A stretch of 64,000 bases of DNA from the human T2T-CHM13v2.0 reference genome, Homo sapiens. The notes under the pieces are model-generated. The model was not told where the DNA came from. It worked only from the letters and a program-made list of their open reading frames with translations, and made no database searches. Below are positions 50,840 to 64,000 of the stretch, piece after piece. The position numbers were made by a program, and so were the translations under genes. The DNA is taken from assembly GCF_009914755.1 (NCBI RefSeq), contig NC_060926.1. One strand, given 5' to 3'. Within the stretch, counting starts at the first letter, position 1; each line of letters starts with the position of its first letter.

Positions 50840-52860
50840 CTCCACATATGTAAAACCATGGTAGTGTTGTCTTCTTTGTCACAAACATCAAACAAGTTAG
50901 GAAACTAAAGCAGACGGGAAAAAATGTAGTTATTCCTATTTTTTACTCTTTTTGTTGTTTTCCTTTCTTTTTTAGGGTTCTGAAATGATTTCATTTATAA
51001 ATGCATCTCCATTTACAAAGCTTCCATTAGCTAAGAGCGAATACCTCTCAGTATTCTTCATCTGAAATGTCTTTATTTCTCCTATTTAACTGAAGAATAT
51101 CTTTGCCAAATATAGAATTCTGTCCTGACCATCTTTAATTTCAGCACTTGAAAAATAGTGTGCCTTTTCCTTCCAGCCTCCATAGTTCCTGATAAGAAAT
51201 CTGCTGCCATTCACACTGATTTCTCCCTATAGGTAATACGTCATTTCTCTCTCACCTAATTCAATATCTTTTTATCCATCTCTGTTTTCAGGAGTTTGAT
51301 AATAATTTGTCTTGGCGTGGATTTCTCTTTGAGGTTCACTCAGCATCTTGCTTGCATTTATGAGTTTGCATCTTTAGTCAAATTTAAGGAAATTTTCAGC
51401 CATTATTTCTTCAAATATATTTTCAACCTCACCATTTCTCCTGATCTCTGATAACATAAATATTATCTCTTCTGTTTACTTTTTAATTTTTTTCTTAGTT
51501 TATATTCCTTTTGTTGATTAGATTGGGTGATTTCTCTTGTTCTATCTTCAAGTTTGCCAATTCTTTTCTTGAACCATTCTGCTGGTTAGCCCACACACTG
51601 AAATATTTTTTACTATTATTATTGCATTTTTACTTTTAAAATTTTCATTTTTTATATCTACTATTTCCTTGTTGAGATTTTCTAATTTTAAGTTTCTTCC
51701 AGACATGTTCATAATTACTCTTTGAAACAATTTTATTATGGTGGCTTTAAAATATTCACCAGACAATCCTAATTTCCCTGCCATCTCTATGTTGACATTT
51801 ATTATTTTTCCTGTTTCATTAGATTTAAAATATTCTAGGTCCTGGTGTGATGAATTTTGTAAAATTGTTATCAAAATCTAGACATTTTGGATATATATAA
51901 TGAGACTCTGGGTCTTGTTTAAAATTTTTCTTTTAGCTGGCTTACTCTGAGACCACTCTGGCCCAGAAGTAGGGAAAGGAACAATGGGATCATTATTGCC
52001 ACTTGAGAGCCACACTCTGCCCCCATCAACACCCAAGGGGTGATGGGCTCATCATTACTACTGGGTTCAGATGGAAGTCATGGCTCCTCAGTGTACATTT
52101 GCTGATGCCTCCATGGCTACGAAGGCTAGGACTGCCCTGTTACTGCTTCACAACTGGCCTTTGCTTATGTGAGTGGGAAGGGTATGACCTCATTAAGCTG
52201 GTGACTCACCACTAGGCTTCCGATGACACCAGCCCAATAGTTGGGGAGGGGGACCTCACTGCCGATGACTGGGCACGGAAATCTTCACTGACGCCATGAT
52301 GAAGGAGGAGGACTTAGTTACATACTGGTGGCTGAAAATCCCCACTCCCTATTTGGCTTTTTCTGACACTATCCTGGAGGCAGTGACTGGGGCTCACAGT
52401 TAGACCCTGGTGAATACAGAAGCCTAGGCTCCCCACTCAGCTTTTGCTGGTATGGCTGTATGTGTGGTCACAGCATTTCTGGTGTTTGCTAAAGTAGAAC
52501 ACTTATTGTTTAAAAGTTTTCCATGTTGCCATGTTGTCCTTGTTTTTTCCTTTGGCTTGAGGATGAGTTTTTGTTGCAGCATTTTCTATCTGTGCTTTGT
52601 GTTTCTAGCCTGCCGGCTTTTTCAACTCTAAATGTAGGACATATGAGACAAAAACAAAATAAAATAAATTAAAAAAAAAAACAGGGACCTCGCAACTGTG
52701 TCGTTTCTTGGGTCCTGAGGTCTCTATCTGGTATCCATTCTTTTCTCCACATTTCAGTTTTCTTATGTTTGTTTTACATACAATGTCCACAGAGTTTAGT
52801 TCTACCAAGCAGGGGGAATAGGGAAAATAAATATGTCTATGCTCATCTTCAGAGAAGCCG
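50840..52860 (-). mobile_element. Old L1M (L1MC/MD-like) 5' UTR and ORF1 remnant
   Basis: ttcagcacttgaaa...tgataagaaatctgctg...ttttcagccattatttcttcaaatat; ORF 51548-51874 is ORF1-like. Confidence 0.7.
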
Positions 52861-54729
52861 AATCCCCTTTTATGTTTTTGCCCAAAAATGAAACAAATAT
52901 AGTTTCAAAAAATAGAAAATGACAAATTATCCCTATTAGTTATTTAATGACATCCTATTATTAAATTTACTAGCAGAAGAAAAATATTTAATTGCTACAA
53001 TTGGTTATTAAATCCAGAGGTTTTATGAAGTAACATACCTTAGAGATAAATTGGATAATGCTGCCAAAATTTCATGAGAAAATGTTATTTTGTTAATATA
53101 TTGTTGTAAAATATTAAAAATTATTAATGGAAAGGCACAGTAATATCCCATAGTTCTTAATAGTACATGATCACAGTGTATACCAAGTGTGTTTTTAAAT
53201 GATTCAAAAGCCTTTGTGTGCTTCCCTTGGAAAACTAAACAAACATATAACCTGTCTGAGATCAAGAGAAAGCAATGATACACCACAGAAATCCACACAA
53301 TTGTATAAGTCGGGATCAATGCTGATTGACTGGGGTTCCTTGTTTGTCTTTATTCACTTGTTTGTTCATCATTGAAAGAAATTTAAAATATTTTGCACAA
53401 AGAGACCAAAGGTAAATGTTCATAAAATACAATGATTAGCCACACTTCTACTTACCAACCATTGTATGCCCAAGTAAACTTGTTATGATGAAAACGTTAT
53501 TGAAAACATAACTAATAATTCTGATACATATCATTGCTACTTGATGTTCATCTAAGTGAAGAATAAATTTTAAAATATTTTAAAATAGGAAAATGCAATA
53601 TTAACTCTTGCTGGATGTGATATATGGGCAAGTCTTTCCATTTGCTTTTGTTCTCCATCGTCTTATTAAAAAAAACTATAAATTTTTCTTTACACATGAC
53701 TCCTAAGACCTGCCATTGGGTGTAAAATAGCATAGGAGTTCAAGAAAGCAATATAGCAGTGTATTCCTCCTTGCACAGAAAATTGGTTTTCTAGGAATGG
53801 AGTCTAAGAAAATATTCAGAAGTACATGATGGGATTTATATACATTGAACTATTCATTAAGGTGTTGATCTATGTAACAGCAGAATAAATCAAAACTCTC
53901 TTTTTAGGTAGGGTTGCAGCCTCTAGAATAGGGAACAAAATAGTACGTGCCATGTATGCCCCATTCTGACAGTGAGTTTGTTCAGCTCTCAGTCAGGCAA
54001 ACTGACTCTTAATTTGGGCTAGTTCTTTTGTAAATATGCTACCTCAGAAAAGGTCTCCTCTTCCTTCAAACACCTAAGATGCATGTGACTGTTTGTTTAT
54101 TGTTTGTGTGCATCTCAGACCATGAGCTCTGCAGCAGCAGTATACTTGGTTAAACGTTGTGTATTTATTGTCTGCAATTTTCACTACTTTACATGATTAG
54201 TATATTTTACCATTTTTACTGTTAAAGTAACTACACTTATAACTGGCTCATAAGATGTACAGCTGGGTCCAGCTAATTTCAAAATATATGGTGTGAAATA
54301 CAGATCTGTTTTATCTCCTTTCCAAATGGCTACACAATTTGGGACATCAATTTCTCCATTATCTTTTTCTTAGTGTTTTTCTAGCTTTCTTTTTAACCTA
54401 GGGCTCATCCTTCCAGCTGTACCCAGCCTGAATGAGGACATCGTGTCGTTCATTCCAATAGTTTTCTAGGCTCTACCTCCAACAGCATTATAAAAGGAGA
54501 ACGTATCTCCAGAGAAGGAGGGCATCATTTCCTCCTGTCAATGCTAACTGCCAGGCTGTGTCTGTAGACCTGAATATGTGGAGGTATGGCCAGATATATT
54601 TTTTCTTTTATTTTTTATTACAGAAGATAATTTTCCTCTTTCTGCTGAATCTTTTAATCAATCTGCTGTAGGTTTCTATGCTCCAGTAGCAATAAGTGTG
54701 TAGTTAGAACATTAGAACATGTTAGTTGA

Positions 54730-54940
54730 CATTATTGAGTGGTTATTGTATGACACAAAGTCTGAAGTACTTTTTATGAAGATTAAATAGTACAAAAACC
54801 ATAGATGACAGTTACTGTTTCCATTTTACAGATGAGAAAACTGTGGTATAAGTAAGATAAGCAATACATCCAAGGTCACACAGCCAAACTAGAACTAGGA
54901 TAGGTCCAATCCCAGTATCCACAACACTAACCGCTACCAT
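54730..54940 (-). mobile_element. MIR
   Basis: ccattttacagatgagaaaactg...ccaaggtcacacagc. Confidence 0.7.
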
Positions 54941-56419
54941 CTTGTACCTCTCATGAATAATAAGACGTATCAGATCTTTCTGCCGCAGGATTGAGGCAAG
55001 TGCCTATGACTCAACGGGGGAAGTCACAGAGAATAAGATCAAACTGGGTGGTAGGGAATGCACAAAATGCAAACATTCAGCTTTAGGAGGCAATATCCAT
55101 TTGTCCCCAGCATCCAGCCCAAGCCCTGAAGTGGAAGTGCACCCAGGAAACAGTTGTCAAATAATGAGTTCAGCCTAGTCCCATCAGGCAGAGTTCGGTT
55201 TCATCCCTCCAGTCTAGTTTCTTGATGCTTCTGCTGCTGTGTACTCCCCAGGCTGCATGGGAAATTCTGTGTCCAGGTCCCAGAGGTCTGTGAATTAGTC
55301 CTGCACCTGCATGAACAATCTATATTTTCCTTATCCGTGTCGTATTTGGCAGCACACATAGGAACAGGCCTTCAGATAGCAGCTCATAGCATTGTCATGT
55401 CAGACTGAAGATGCTTCTGGGGTCTTTTCTCTGAACACAACTCCTTTTGAGCAGCAACGACAGAAGATCCATACCCTAAATCATAAAGGAAGCTCCAGGG
55501 AGTAGGAACAAAAATAATGCTTTAATACAAGCATCCTTTGCAAGAGCTTGCAGCTTGGGTATTCTCAGAACAGCAGGGGAAAGAATATATGAATATAAAG
55601 GAGTGCTACTGCAGCCTTCGGAAAGTGTAGCTCTAAGAGTTAATGAGCTGGTGTCTGACTGCCAGGGGACCAGTGTGTTAATCACCCACAGAGCCCACCC
55701 CTACCCAAAGTCCTCATGAAGTCACTGATGCTACGGTTCAAGACAGGTGCCCAGCTTCACAGTCACCTTCTCAGTGTTGTCAGCCTTGTTCATGAAAAAA
55801 ATCTCCCTACTTCCAAAACCAGGACAGCTTGAAAGGCTCCTTTGTTCCTACGGGCTGCCTTTCTGGGACAAAGTAGCTGGCTGGCCCTTTGGTATTCTCG
55901 ATGGTGGCCCAGGCTTTCAAGCTTTTGCACGCCTAGGGAGAAATGTGGTGCGCTGCTGGGTGCTGGAGCAAATCACCTCATGAATATCTTTATACCAGGG
56001 CTTGTTTATGCCTGTTAGGTTCCTGCAGCTCAGCAGGATCTCTACTGCTCCTAGAAGTGGTGGATTAAAAATTCTGCTGAGTGAAAACACAGGCTGCAAC
56101 TCCAGGTCCCAAGATACTCTCCAATGATATGATTCTTCTCCCTCTCATCAAATCGAATTGGCAAATGGAGGCCAAGTACAGAATAACAGAGAATGGGGAC
56201 AGGTCTTCCAATGGATCTATTTTCCCTAAGTGTTTAATCAACTCAGGCTTCCCAATCTGGGTCAGTGCAAATCTATTGTAGGGCTGTAATCAAACTTGCA
56301 TATTTCATCATAGGCTATAATCAAAAGTGGGTATTTCAGCTTCCTTTTGAACAAAGCTATAGTGATTTTGCCTCTTCATGAGATAGGGAGGGGATATGTT
56401 ATTGCCCAAGTCTAGCCCA

Positions 56420-56660
56420 TTCATTCACAAATGCATTCAATCAAAAAAAAAACGTATTGAGCGACTACTGTGTTCCAGACACTATTGCAGGATTTAGGGA
56501 TATATCACTGAACCAGACAATCAAAGCAGTGCCCGACCTCCTGGAAATTGTACTCTGACAGTGGGAGGCAAGGGGGAGACGGACAATGAGTAAGATACAT
56601 AATATTTAAAAGTCGATTATATGGTATAGTTAAAAAAAAAAAGTAGTAAGTGTGGTGTTT
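56420..56660 (-). mobile_element. L2a 3' end
   Basis: cattcattca...tattgagcgactactgtgttccagacactattg. Confidence 0.7.
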
Positions 56661-56677
56661 TTGAAAAGACAGTAAGG

Positions 56678-56785
56678 GGCTCACACTTGTCACTTGCAAT
56701 CCCAGCACTTTGGGAAGCCAAGGTAGGCAGATTTCTTGAGGCCAGGAGCTTGAGACCTGCCTGGCCAACATGGCAAAACCCCATT
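56678..56785 (+). mobile_element. Partial Alu left monomer
   Basis: aatcccagcactttgggaagcc...cctggccaacatggcaaaacccca, cut off by an LTR. Confidence 0.85.
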
Positions 56786-56920
56786 GTATTATTCCATTCT
56801 CATGCTGCTAATAGACACACCTGAGAGTGGGTAATTTATAAAAGAAAGAGGTTTAATTGACTCACAGTTCAGCATGGCTGGAGAGGCCTCAGGAAACTTA
56901 CAATCATGGCAGAAGGGAAA
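56786..56920 (-). mobile_element. Partial THE1 LTR
   Basis: tgtatta.tccattctcatgctgcta...ggcctcaggaaacttacaatcatggcagaagg. Confidence 0.85.
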
Positions 56921-57371
56921 ATACATTTAACATTTCACCATTAAGTATAACGTTAGCTTTAGATTTGTGGTAGATGTCTTTTATCAGGTGGAGGAAATTC
57001 CTAGTCGACTGAAAGGTTTTATCATGAATAGTAGTAGAATTATTTTCACACCATATTCTGTACTTATTAAAATGATAATATTTTGACTTTCTCAAATGAA
57101 GTAGCAAATTACAATTATTGATTTTTGAATGTTTTACCTTCTTGCATTTGTGGAATAAACTCAACTTATCTGTTTGCTAATATTTAATTAAGGATTTTTT
57201 ATATATGTTTTCAGTAGATGTTGGTCATTAAATGTCTTCTCTTGAAAAGTCATTTTCAAAATGCTTGTGTCAGATTTACACTGGCTTCATAAAATGAACT
57301 GGAGTGAGATTTCTCTTCCGCTTTATTTCCTGAAAGACACTGTGTAAGACTGGAATTATTTCTACTTTAAA
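56921..57371 (-). mobile_element. Old L1M ORF2 fragment
   Basis: tttcaccattaagtataacgttagc...ctggcttcataaaatga...tgtgtaagactggaatt. Confidence 0.7.
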
Positions 57372-58720
57372 TTGTTTCTTAATTTTTATGAGTACATAGT
57401 AGGTGTATATATTTATGGGGTTCCTAAAATATTTTGATACAGGCATATAATGCATAAATCACACCAGGGTAAATGAGGTATCCGTTCCCTCAAAAATTAT
57501 TATTTATTTATGTTACAAACACTCCAAATATACTCTTTCAGTTACTTTTAAATGTACAATAAATTATTGTTGACTGATTTAATCAGATTATTAGATTTTT
57601 CCCTTATCGATTTAAGTTTTTATATATTCTGATTATTAATTCCTTGCCAGACGGATAGTTTCCAAATTCTTTCTCCCATTTTGTGGGTTGTCTCTTCACT
57701 TTTTTGATAGTTTCCTTTACAGTGCAGAAACTTTTTAACTTGATGTGATCCCCTTTGTCCATTTTTGCTTTGGTGGTGCTGAGGGGTATTACTCAAGAAA
57801 TCTTTACCCAGAACAATGTCCTGGAGAGATTCTCCAATGTTTTCAGTAGTCTTATAGTCTTAGAGTTAAGTCTTTAATTCATTTTGATTTGATTTTTGTA
57901 CGTGGCAAGAGAAATGAGTCTAGTTTCATTGTTCTGCATATGAATATCCAGTTTTCCTAACACCATTTATTAAAGAGAACTTCCTTTCCCCAAATTATGT
58001 TCTTGAAATCTTTGTCAAAAACGAGTTCACTGTGGATGTATGAATTTACTTCTGGATTCTCCATTCAGTTCCATTGGTCTATATGTCTATTTTATGCAGT
58101 ATTATGCTGTTTTGATTACACATAACTCTGTAGCATAATTTGAAGTCAAGGATTGTGATTTCTCTAGTTTTTTTTTTTTTCTTTTTGTTTGGGATAGGTT
58201 TGGCTTTTATGGGTCTTTTTTTTTGTGGTTCCATGTAAAATTTTGAATTTTTTCTTATTCTTATGAAGAATTTCATTGATGTTTTGATAGACGTTGTGTT
58301 GAATCTGTAGAATGCATTGAATAGTATAGACATTTTAACAATTTTGTTTCTTTCAATCAAAGAGCATGAAATTCTATCCATTTTGTTGTATCCTGTTCAA
58401 TTTCTTGCATCAATATTTTTTACTTTTCATCATAGAGATCTTTCACTTCTAAGTTTATTCCTAGGTATCTTATTTTATTTGTAGCTTCTATAAATGAGAT
58501 TACTTTCTTGATTTCTTTTTCAGATTGTTTGCTGTTGGCATCTAGAAATGCTGCTGATGTTTGTATATTCATTATCCTGCAACTTTACTGAATTTATCGA
58601 TTTTAACAGTTTTTTGGTGGAGTCTTTATGTTTTTTTTTCAAATGTAAGATCATAACATTTCAACTTACATTTGAAAAAAAATAAAATAAAAACTCCACC
58701 AAAAAGAGAATTTGACTTCT

Positions 58721-58918
58721 TCTTTTTCAATGTGAATACCATTTATTTCTTTCTCTTCTCTGATTGCTTTATCTAGGACTTCCAGTACTACATTGAATAA
58801 CAGTGGTGAAAGTGGGCATTCTTTTTCAATGTGGATACCATTTATTTCTTTCTCTTCTCTGATTGCTTTAGCTAGGACTTCCAGTCCTACACCAAATAAC
58901 AGTGGTGAAAGTGGGCAT
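58721..58918. repeat. 99-bp tandem duplication in L1 RT region
   Basis: Units start at 58721 and 58820; translated CPLSPLLF...IHIEKE twice. Confidence 0.95.
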
Positions 58919-59365
58919 CCTTGTCCTGTTGCAGAGCTTAGAGAAAATGATTTTAGGTCCTCCTCTTTCATTATGATACCAGCTGTGGTTTGTCATATAT
59001 GGCTTTTATTGTGCTGAGGTATGCTCCTTCTATGCCCAGTTTTTTGAGGATTTTTATCATGAAGTGATGTTAAGTTTATCAAGTGTTTTTTCAGCATCAA
59101 TTGAAATGATCATATGTTTTTATTCCTTTATTCTGTTTATATGATGTATCACATTGATTGATATGCATATGTTAAACCAACCCTGCATCCCTGGGATAAA
59201 TCCCACTTGGTCATGGTGCATAATCTTCTTAATGTGTTGTTGAATTCAATGTTTTAGTATTTTGTTTAGGATTTTTGCGTCAGTGTTCATCAGGGCTATT
59301 GAGCTGTAGTTTTCTATTTTTATTGTGTCCTTCTCTGGTTTTAGTATCAGGGTAATACTAGCCTT

Positions 59366-59668
59366 GACCGGGAGTGGTGGCTCACACCTGTAATCCCAGC
59401 ACTTTGTGGGGACGAGGCGGGTGGATCTCCTGAGGTCAGGAGTTCGAGACCAGCCTGACCAACATGGAGAAACCCCATCTCTACTAAAAATACAAAATTA
59501 GCCAGGTGTGGTGGTACATGCCTGTAATCCCAGCCACTCAGTTGGCTGAGTCAGGAGAATGGCTTGAACCCAGGAGGCAGAGGTTGTGGTGAGCCGAGAT
59601 TGTGCCATTACACTCCAGCCTGTGCAACAAGAGTGAAACGCTGTCCCAAAAAAAAAGGAAAAAAAAAA
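59366..59668 (+). mobile_element. AluSp
   Basis: Sp-type tgaccaacatggagaaa, aatacaaaattag, caacaagag; TSD ctagcctt 59358-59365 / 59670-59677. Confidence 0.9.
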
Positions 59669-59981
59669 TCTAGCCTTCTAGAATGAGTTTAGAAGTACTG
59701 TCTCCAGTTCTATTTTTCATACTAGTTTGAGTAGGATTGGTATTAGTCCTTCTTCATATCTTTGGAAAAATTCAAAAATGAAGTCATTGGTTTCCAGGCT
59801 TTTCATTCCTAGAAAACTCTTGATTTTTTAACGTTTTACCTTCTTTATTACTCTTTATTACAGCTTTGTTAATCTCATTAATTGTTATTTGTCTGTTCAA
59901 GTTCTGGATTTCTTCACATATTAATCTTGGTAGGTTGTATGTGTCTAGGAATGTATCCATTTCTTCTAGATTTTACAATTT

Positions 59982-60107
59982 TTTTTTTTTTTTTAGACGG
60001 AGCCTCGCTCTGACGCCAGGCTGGAGTGTAGTGGGTGATCTCGGCTCACTGAAACCTCCACCTCCTGGGTTCAAATGATTCTCCTGCCTCAGCCTCCCTA
60101 GTAACTG
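59982..60107 (-). mobile_element. 5'-truncated AluS (Sc-like)
   Basis: Part of right monomer plus poly-T; TSD tagattttacaattt 59967-59981 / 60108-60122. Confidence 0.9.
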
Positions 60108-60401
60108 TAGATTTTACAATTTATTGGCATATAGTTGCCAATACTAGCTTCCAAGGGATCCTTTGAATTTTTGCAATATCAGTTGTAATGTCACCGTTTA
60201 CATCTCTGATTTTATCTATTTTGGTCTTCTCTCTGAGTTTCTTGGTCTGGCTAAAAGTTTGCTAATTTTGTTTATCTTTCAAAAAATATTTTTCATTTTG
60301 TTGATATTTTGTATATTTTTAGTTTCAATTTCATTTATTTATGTTCTGATTATTAATATTTCTTTTCTTCTAATTTTAGGTTTGGTTTGCTCTTGGTTTT
60401 C

Positions 60402-61659
<1,258 letters not shown>

Positions 61660-64000
61660 CATTCTGTATGTACTTTAATGTTGATATCCTTCTGTAGATT
61701 TGAAATGTTCTCTATTATTATCTTTTTGAATAGACTTTCTACCCCCATCTCTCTTTCTGTACCTTCTCTTCAAAGCCAATTTTAGATTTTTCCTTTTGAG
61801 GCTATTTTCTAGATTTTGGAGGTGTGCTTTATTCTTTTTTATTATTTTATTTTCTGTTGTCTTCTGTTGAAAGACTCTGATGCATTCTTTAGTATATCAA
61901 ATAAATTTTTTAGCTCTAGAATTTTTTAAACTGATTTTTTAAAACTATTTCTGTTTGTTAAATTTATCTGATAGGATTCTGAATTCCTTCTCTGTGTCAC
62001 TTTGAGTTTTGTTGAGCTTCCTCAAAGCAGCTATTTTAAATTCTGTCTGAAAGATAACATGTCTCCATCACTCTGGGACTGGTCGTTGCTGCCTTATTTA
62101 GTTTGTTTAGTGAGTTATGTTTTCTTAGATGGTCTTGATGCTTGTGGATGTTTGTTGATGTCTGCACATTGAAAAGTTAGGTATTTATTTTAGTCTTTGC
62201 AGTCTGGGTTTGTTTGTACCCATCTTTCTTGGAAAGGCTTCCAAAGTACTCAAGGGGAATTTAGTGTTTTGATCTAAATATTTGGTCACTGCAGCTGTAT
62301 CTGCATTAGAGGACACCCCAAGCCCAGTAATGCTATGACTCTTGTAGACTTGTAGATATACTTCCTTGGTGGTCTTGGGTAAGACCCAGGAGAATTCCCT
62401 GGATTACCAGGAAAACTCTTGTTCTGTTCTCTTACTTTCTCCCAAGAAAACATATAGTCTCTCTCTGTCCATGCTGAGCTGCCTGGAGCTTGGGGAGGTG
62501 TGACATAGCACCCCTGTAACCACCAACACTGGGACTACATTAGGCCACATCTGAAGCCAACATAGCAGTAGGTTTTGCCTAAGGCCTGCAGTGAGTACGG
62601 TCTTGGTACTGTCAATTTTCACTCAAGGCCCAAGGGCTCTTCAGTTAGGAGGTGCCAAATTCAGTTTGCCTTATGTCCTTCCCTTCAGGATGGCGAGTTA
62701 CTGTCCCATTCCAGGGTTGGTCCAGAAATGTCATCTAGGAGCCCAGGTCTAGAGTCAGGAACCTTAGGAATTCACTTGGTGCTTTACTTTACTGTGGCTG
62801 AGCTGGCACCCAAGCTGCAAGACAAAATTCTCCCCCCTCTTTCATCTCCTCTTCTCATGCAGAAGCTGTCTCTCCCCATGGCCACTCCCGCTACAGGCCT
62901 ATAGTAAGTGCCGTCTGGCTACTGCTAATGTTCACCCAAGGACCGAGGGTTCTTCATTCAGCTTATTGTGAAAGCTACCAGGCTTGGATTTCTTCCTTCA
63001 AGGCAGTGGGGTTCCTTCTGGACCACGGTTGTTCCAGAAATCTCATCCAGAAGCCAAGACTTGGAATTGGGGACCCCAGGAGCCCACTTAGTACTCTCTC
63101 CACAATGGCCCAACCGCACACTATCTACAAGACAAAGTCCTCTTTGCTTTCCTCTCCTTTCCTAGAGCAGAAGTCTCTCCCCATAGTCACCACAGCAGGG
63201 GATGTTCTGAGTCACACGTGGAGCCAGCATGTCTCTGAGTCTCACTTAAGGCCCATGGTGAGTACTGCCTTGGTATTGCTGCTAATTATTCAGGGTCCAA
63301 GGGCTCTTTAGTAAGCAGGTGATGGATTCTGCCAGGACTGGGTCCTTCCTTTCCAGGTAGCAGATTCCCTTCTGGCCCAGGCTGTGTCTATAAATGTTAG
63401 CCAGGGGCCAAGGCCTGGAATAGGATCCTCAGGACTCTGCCTGGTGCCTTATTCTACTGTTACTGAGCTGGGTATCCATGTTGCAAGACAAAGTCCTCTT
63501 TACTTTCCCTTCTCCTCTCCTCAAGTGAAAGGAAGGAATCTCTCTTAGATCTGTAGGCGGCACTTACTCGGGTTGGGGAGGGATGATGCAGGCACTCCTT
63601 TTGCCAGCCCAGTTGGTGTCTCAGTAGGTCATGTGCTCCTCAAGTACACTGGCTCTGAGCCCTGCACAGCAGTAAGACTTATCCAGGAATTGTAGGTTTT
63701 GTGGCCTATACTGCCTTTCAAGTTTATTTAAGACCCCAGAGTGCTTTAGCCCATGGGGGTGGGGCTAGCTGGAACTCAGGTTCTGGTCACTGGCATTGAC
63801 AATTCCCCTCTGGCCAGAGCTTGTCTAAATGCTCCCTCTGTGAGCACTGGTCGAATTCTGACCTATGTTGCTTTCCACTGTGATAGAGCAGCACTGAGTT
63901 CCAATGCAAAGTCCCACACTCACAGCACTCTCCGTCTCCCAAGTTCACAGACTTTCTTTGCACCACAAGGCTGCTGTCGAGGAAATGTGTGAAGGGTGGT

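Overview
Primate genomic DNA, most likely hominoid/human: it carries Alu elements and a young L1PA2-type 3' end. The window is AT-rich and dominated by decayed transposable elements (MaLR/ERVL/ERV1 LTRs, L1, L2, MIR, CR1/L3, Alu/FLAM/FRAM, hAT and Tc1/mariner MITEs) plus microsatellites. I see no intact protein-coding gene, rRNA, tRNA or CRISPR array. Nearly all ORFs in the supplied track are chance ORFs, microsatellite artefacts or L1 ORF1/ORF2 remnants. The best non-repeat signal is a candidate decayed spliced gene on the minus strand: a donor at 7152, an acceptor at 4734, a repeat-free ~1.2 kb terminal exon and AATAAA at 3570-3575. Its stop-interrupted frame reads basic patch, two hydrophobic helices, then coiled coil. 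Also notable are a few candidate lncRNA exons, an enhancer-like TALE/POU/homeodomain motif cluster at ~23.6-23.9 kb, two fold-back inverted duplications inside old L1s, several nested insertions with clean TSDs, and local tandem duplications. Repeat subfamily names come from recalled consensus sequences, not a RepeatMasker run, and boundaries of old repeats are approximate. I found no convincing evidence of a novel biological system beyond these candidates.
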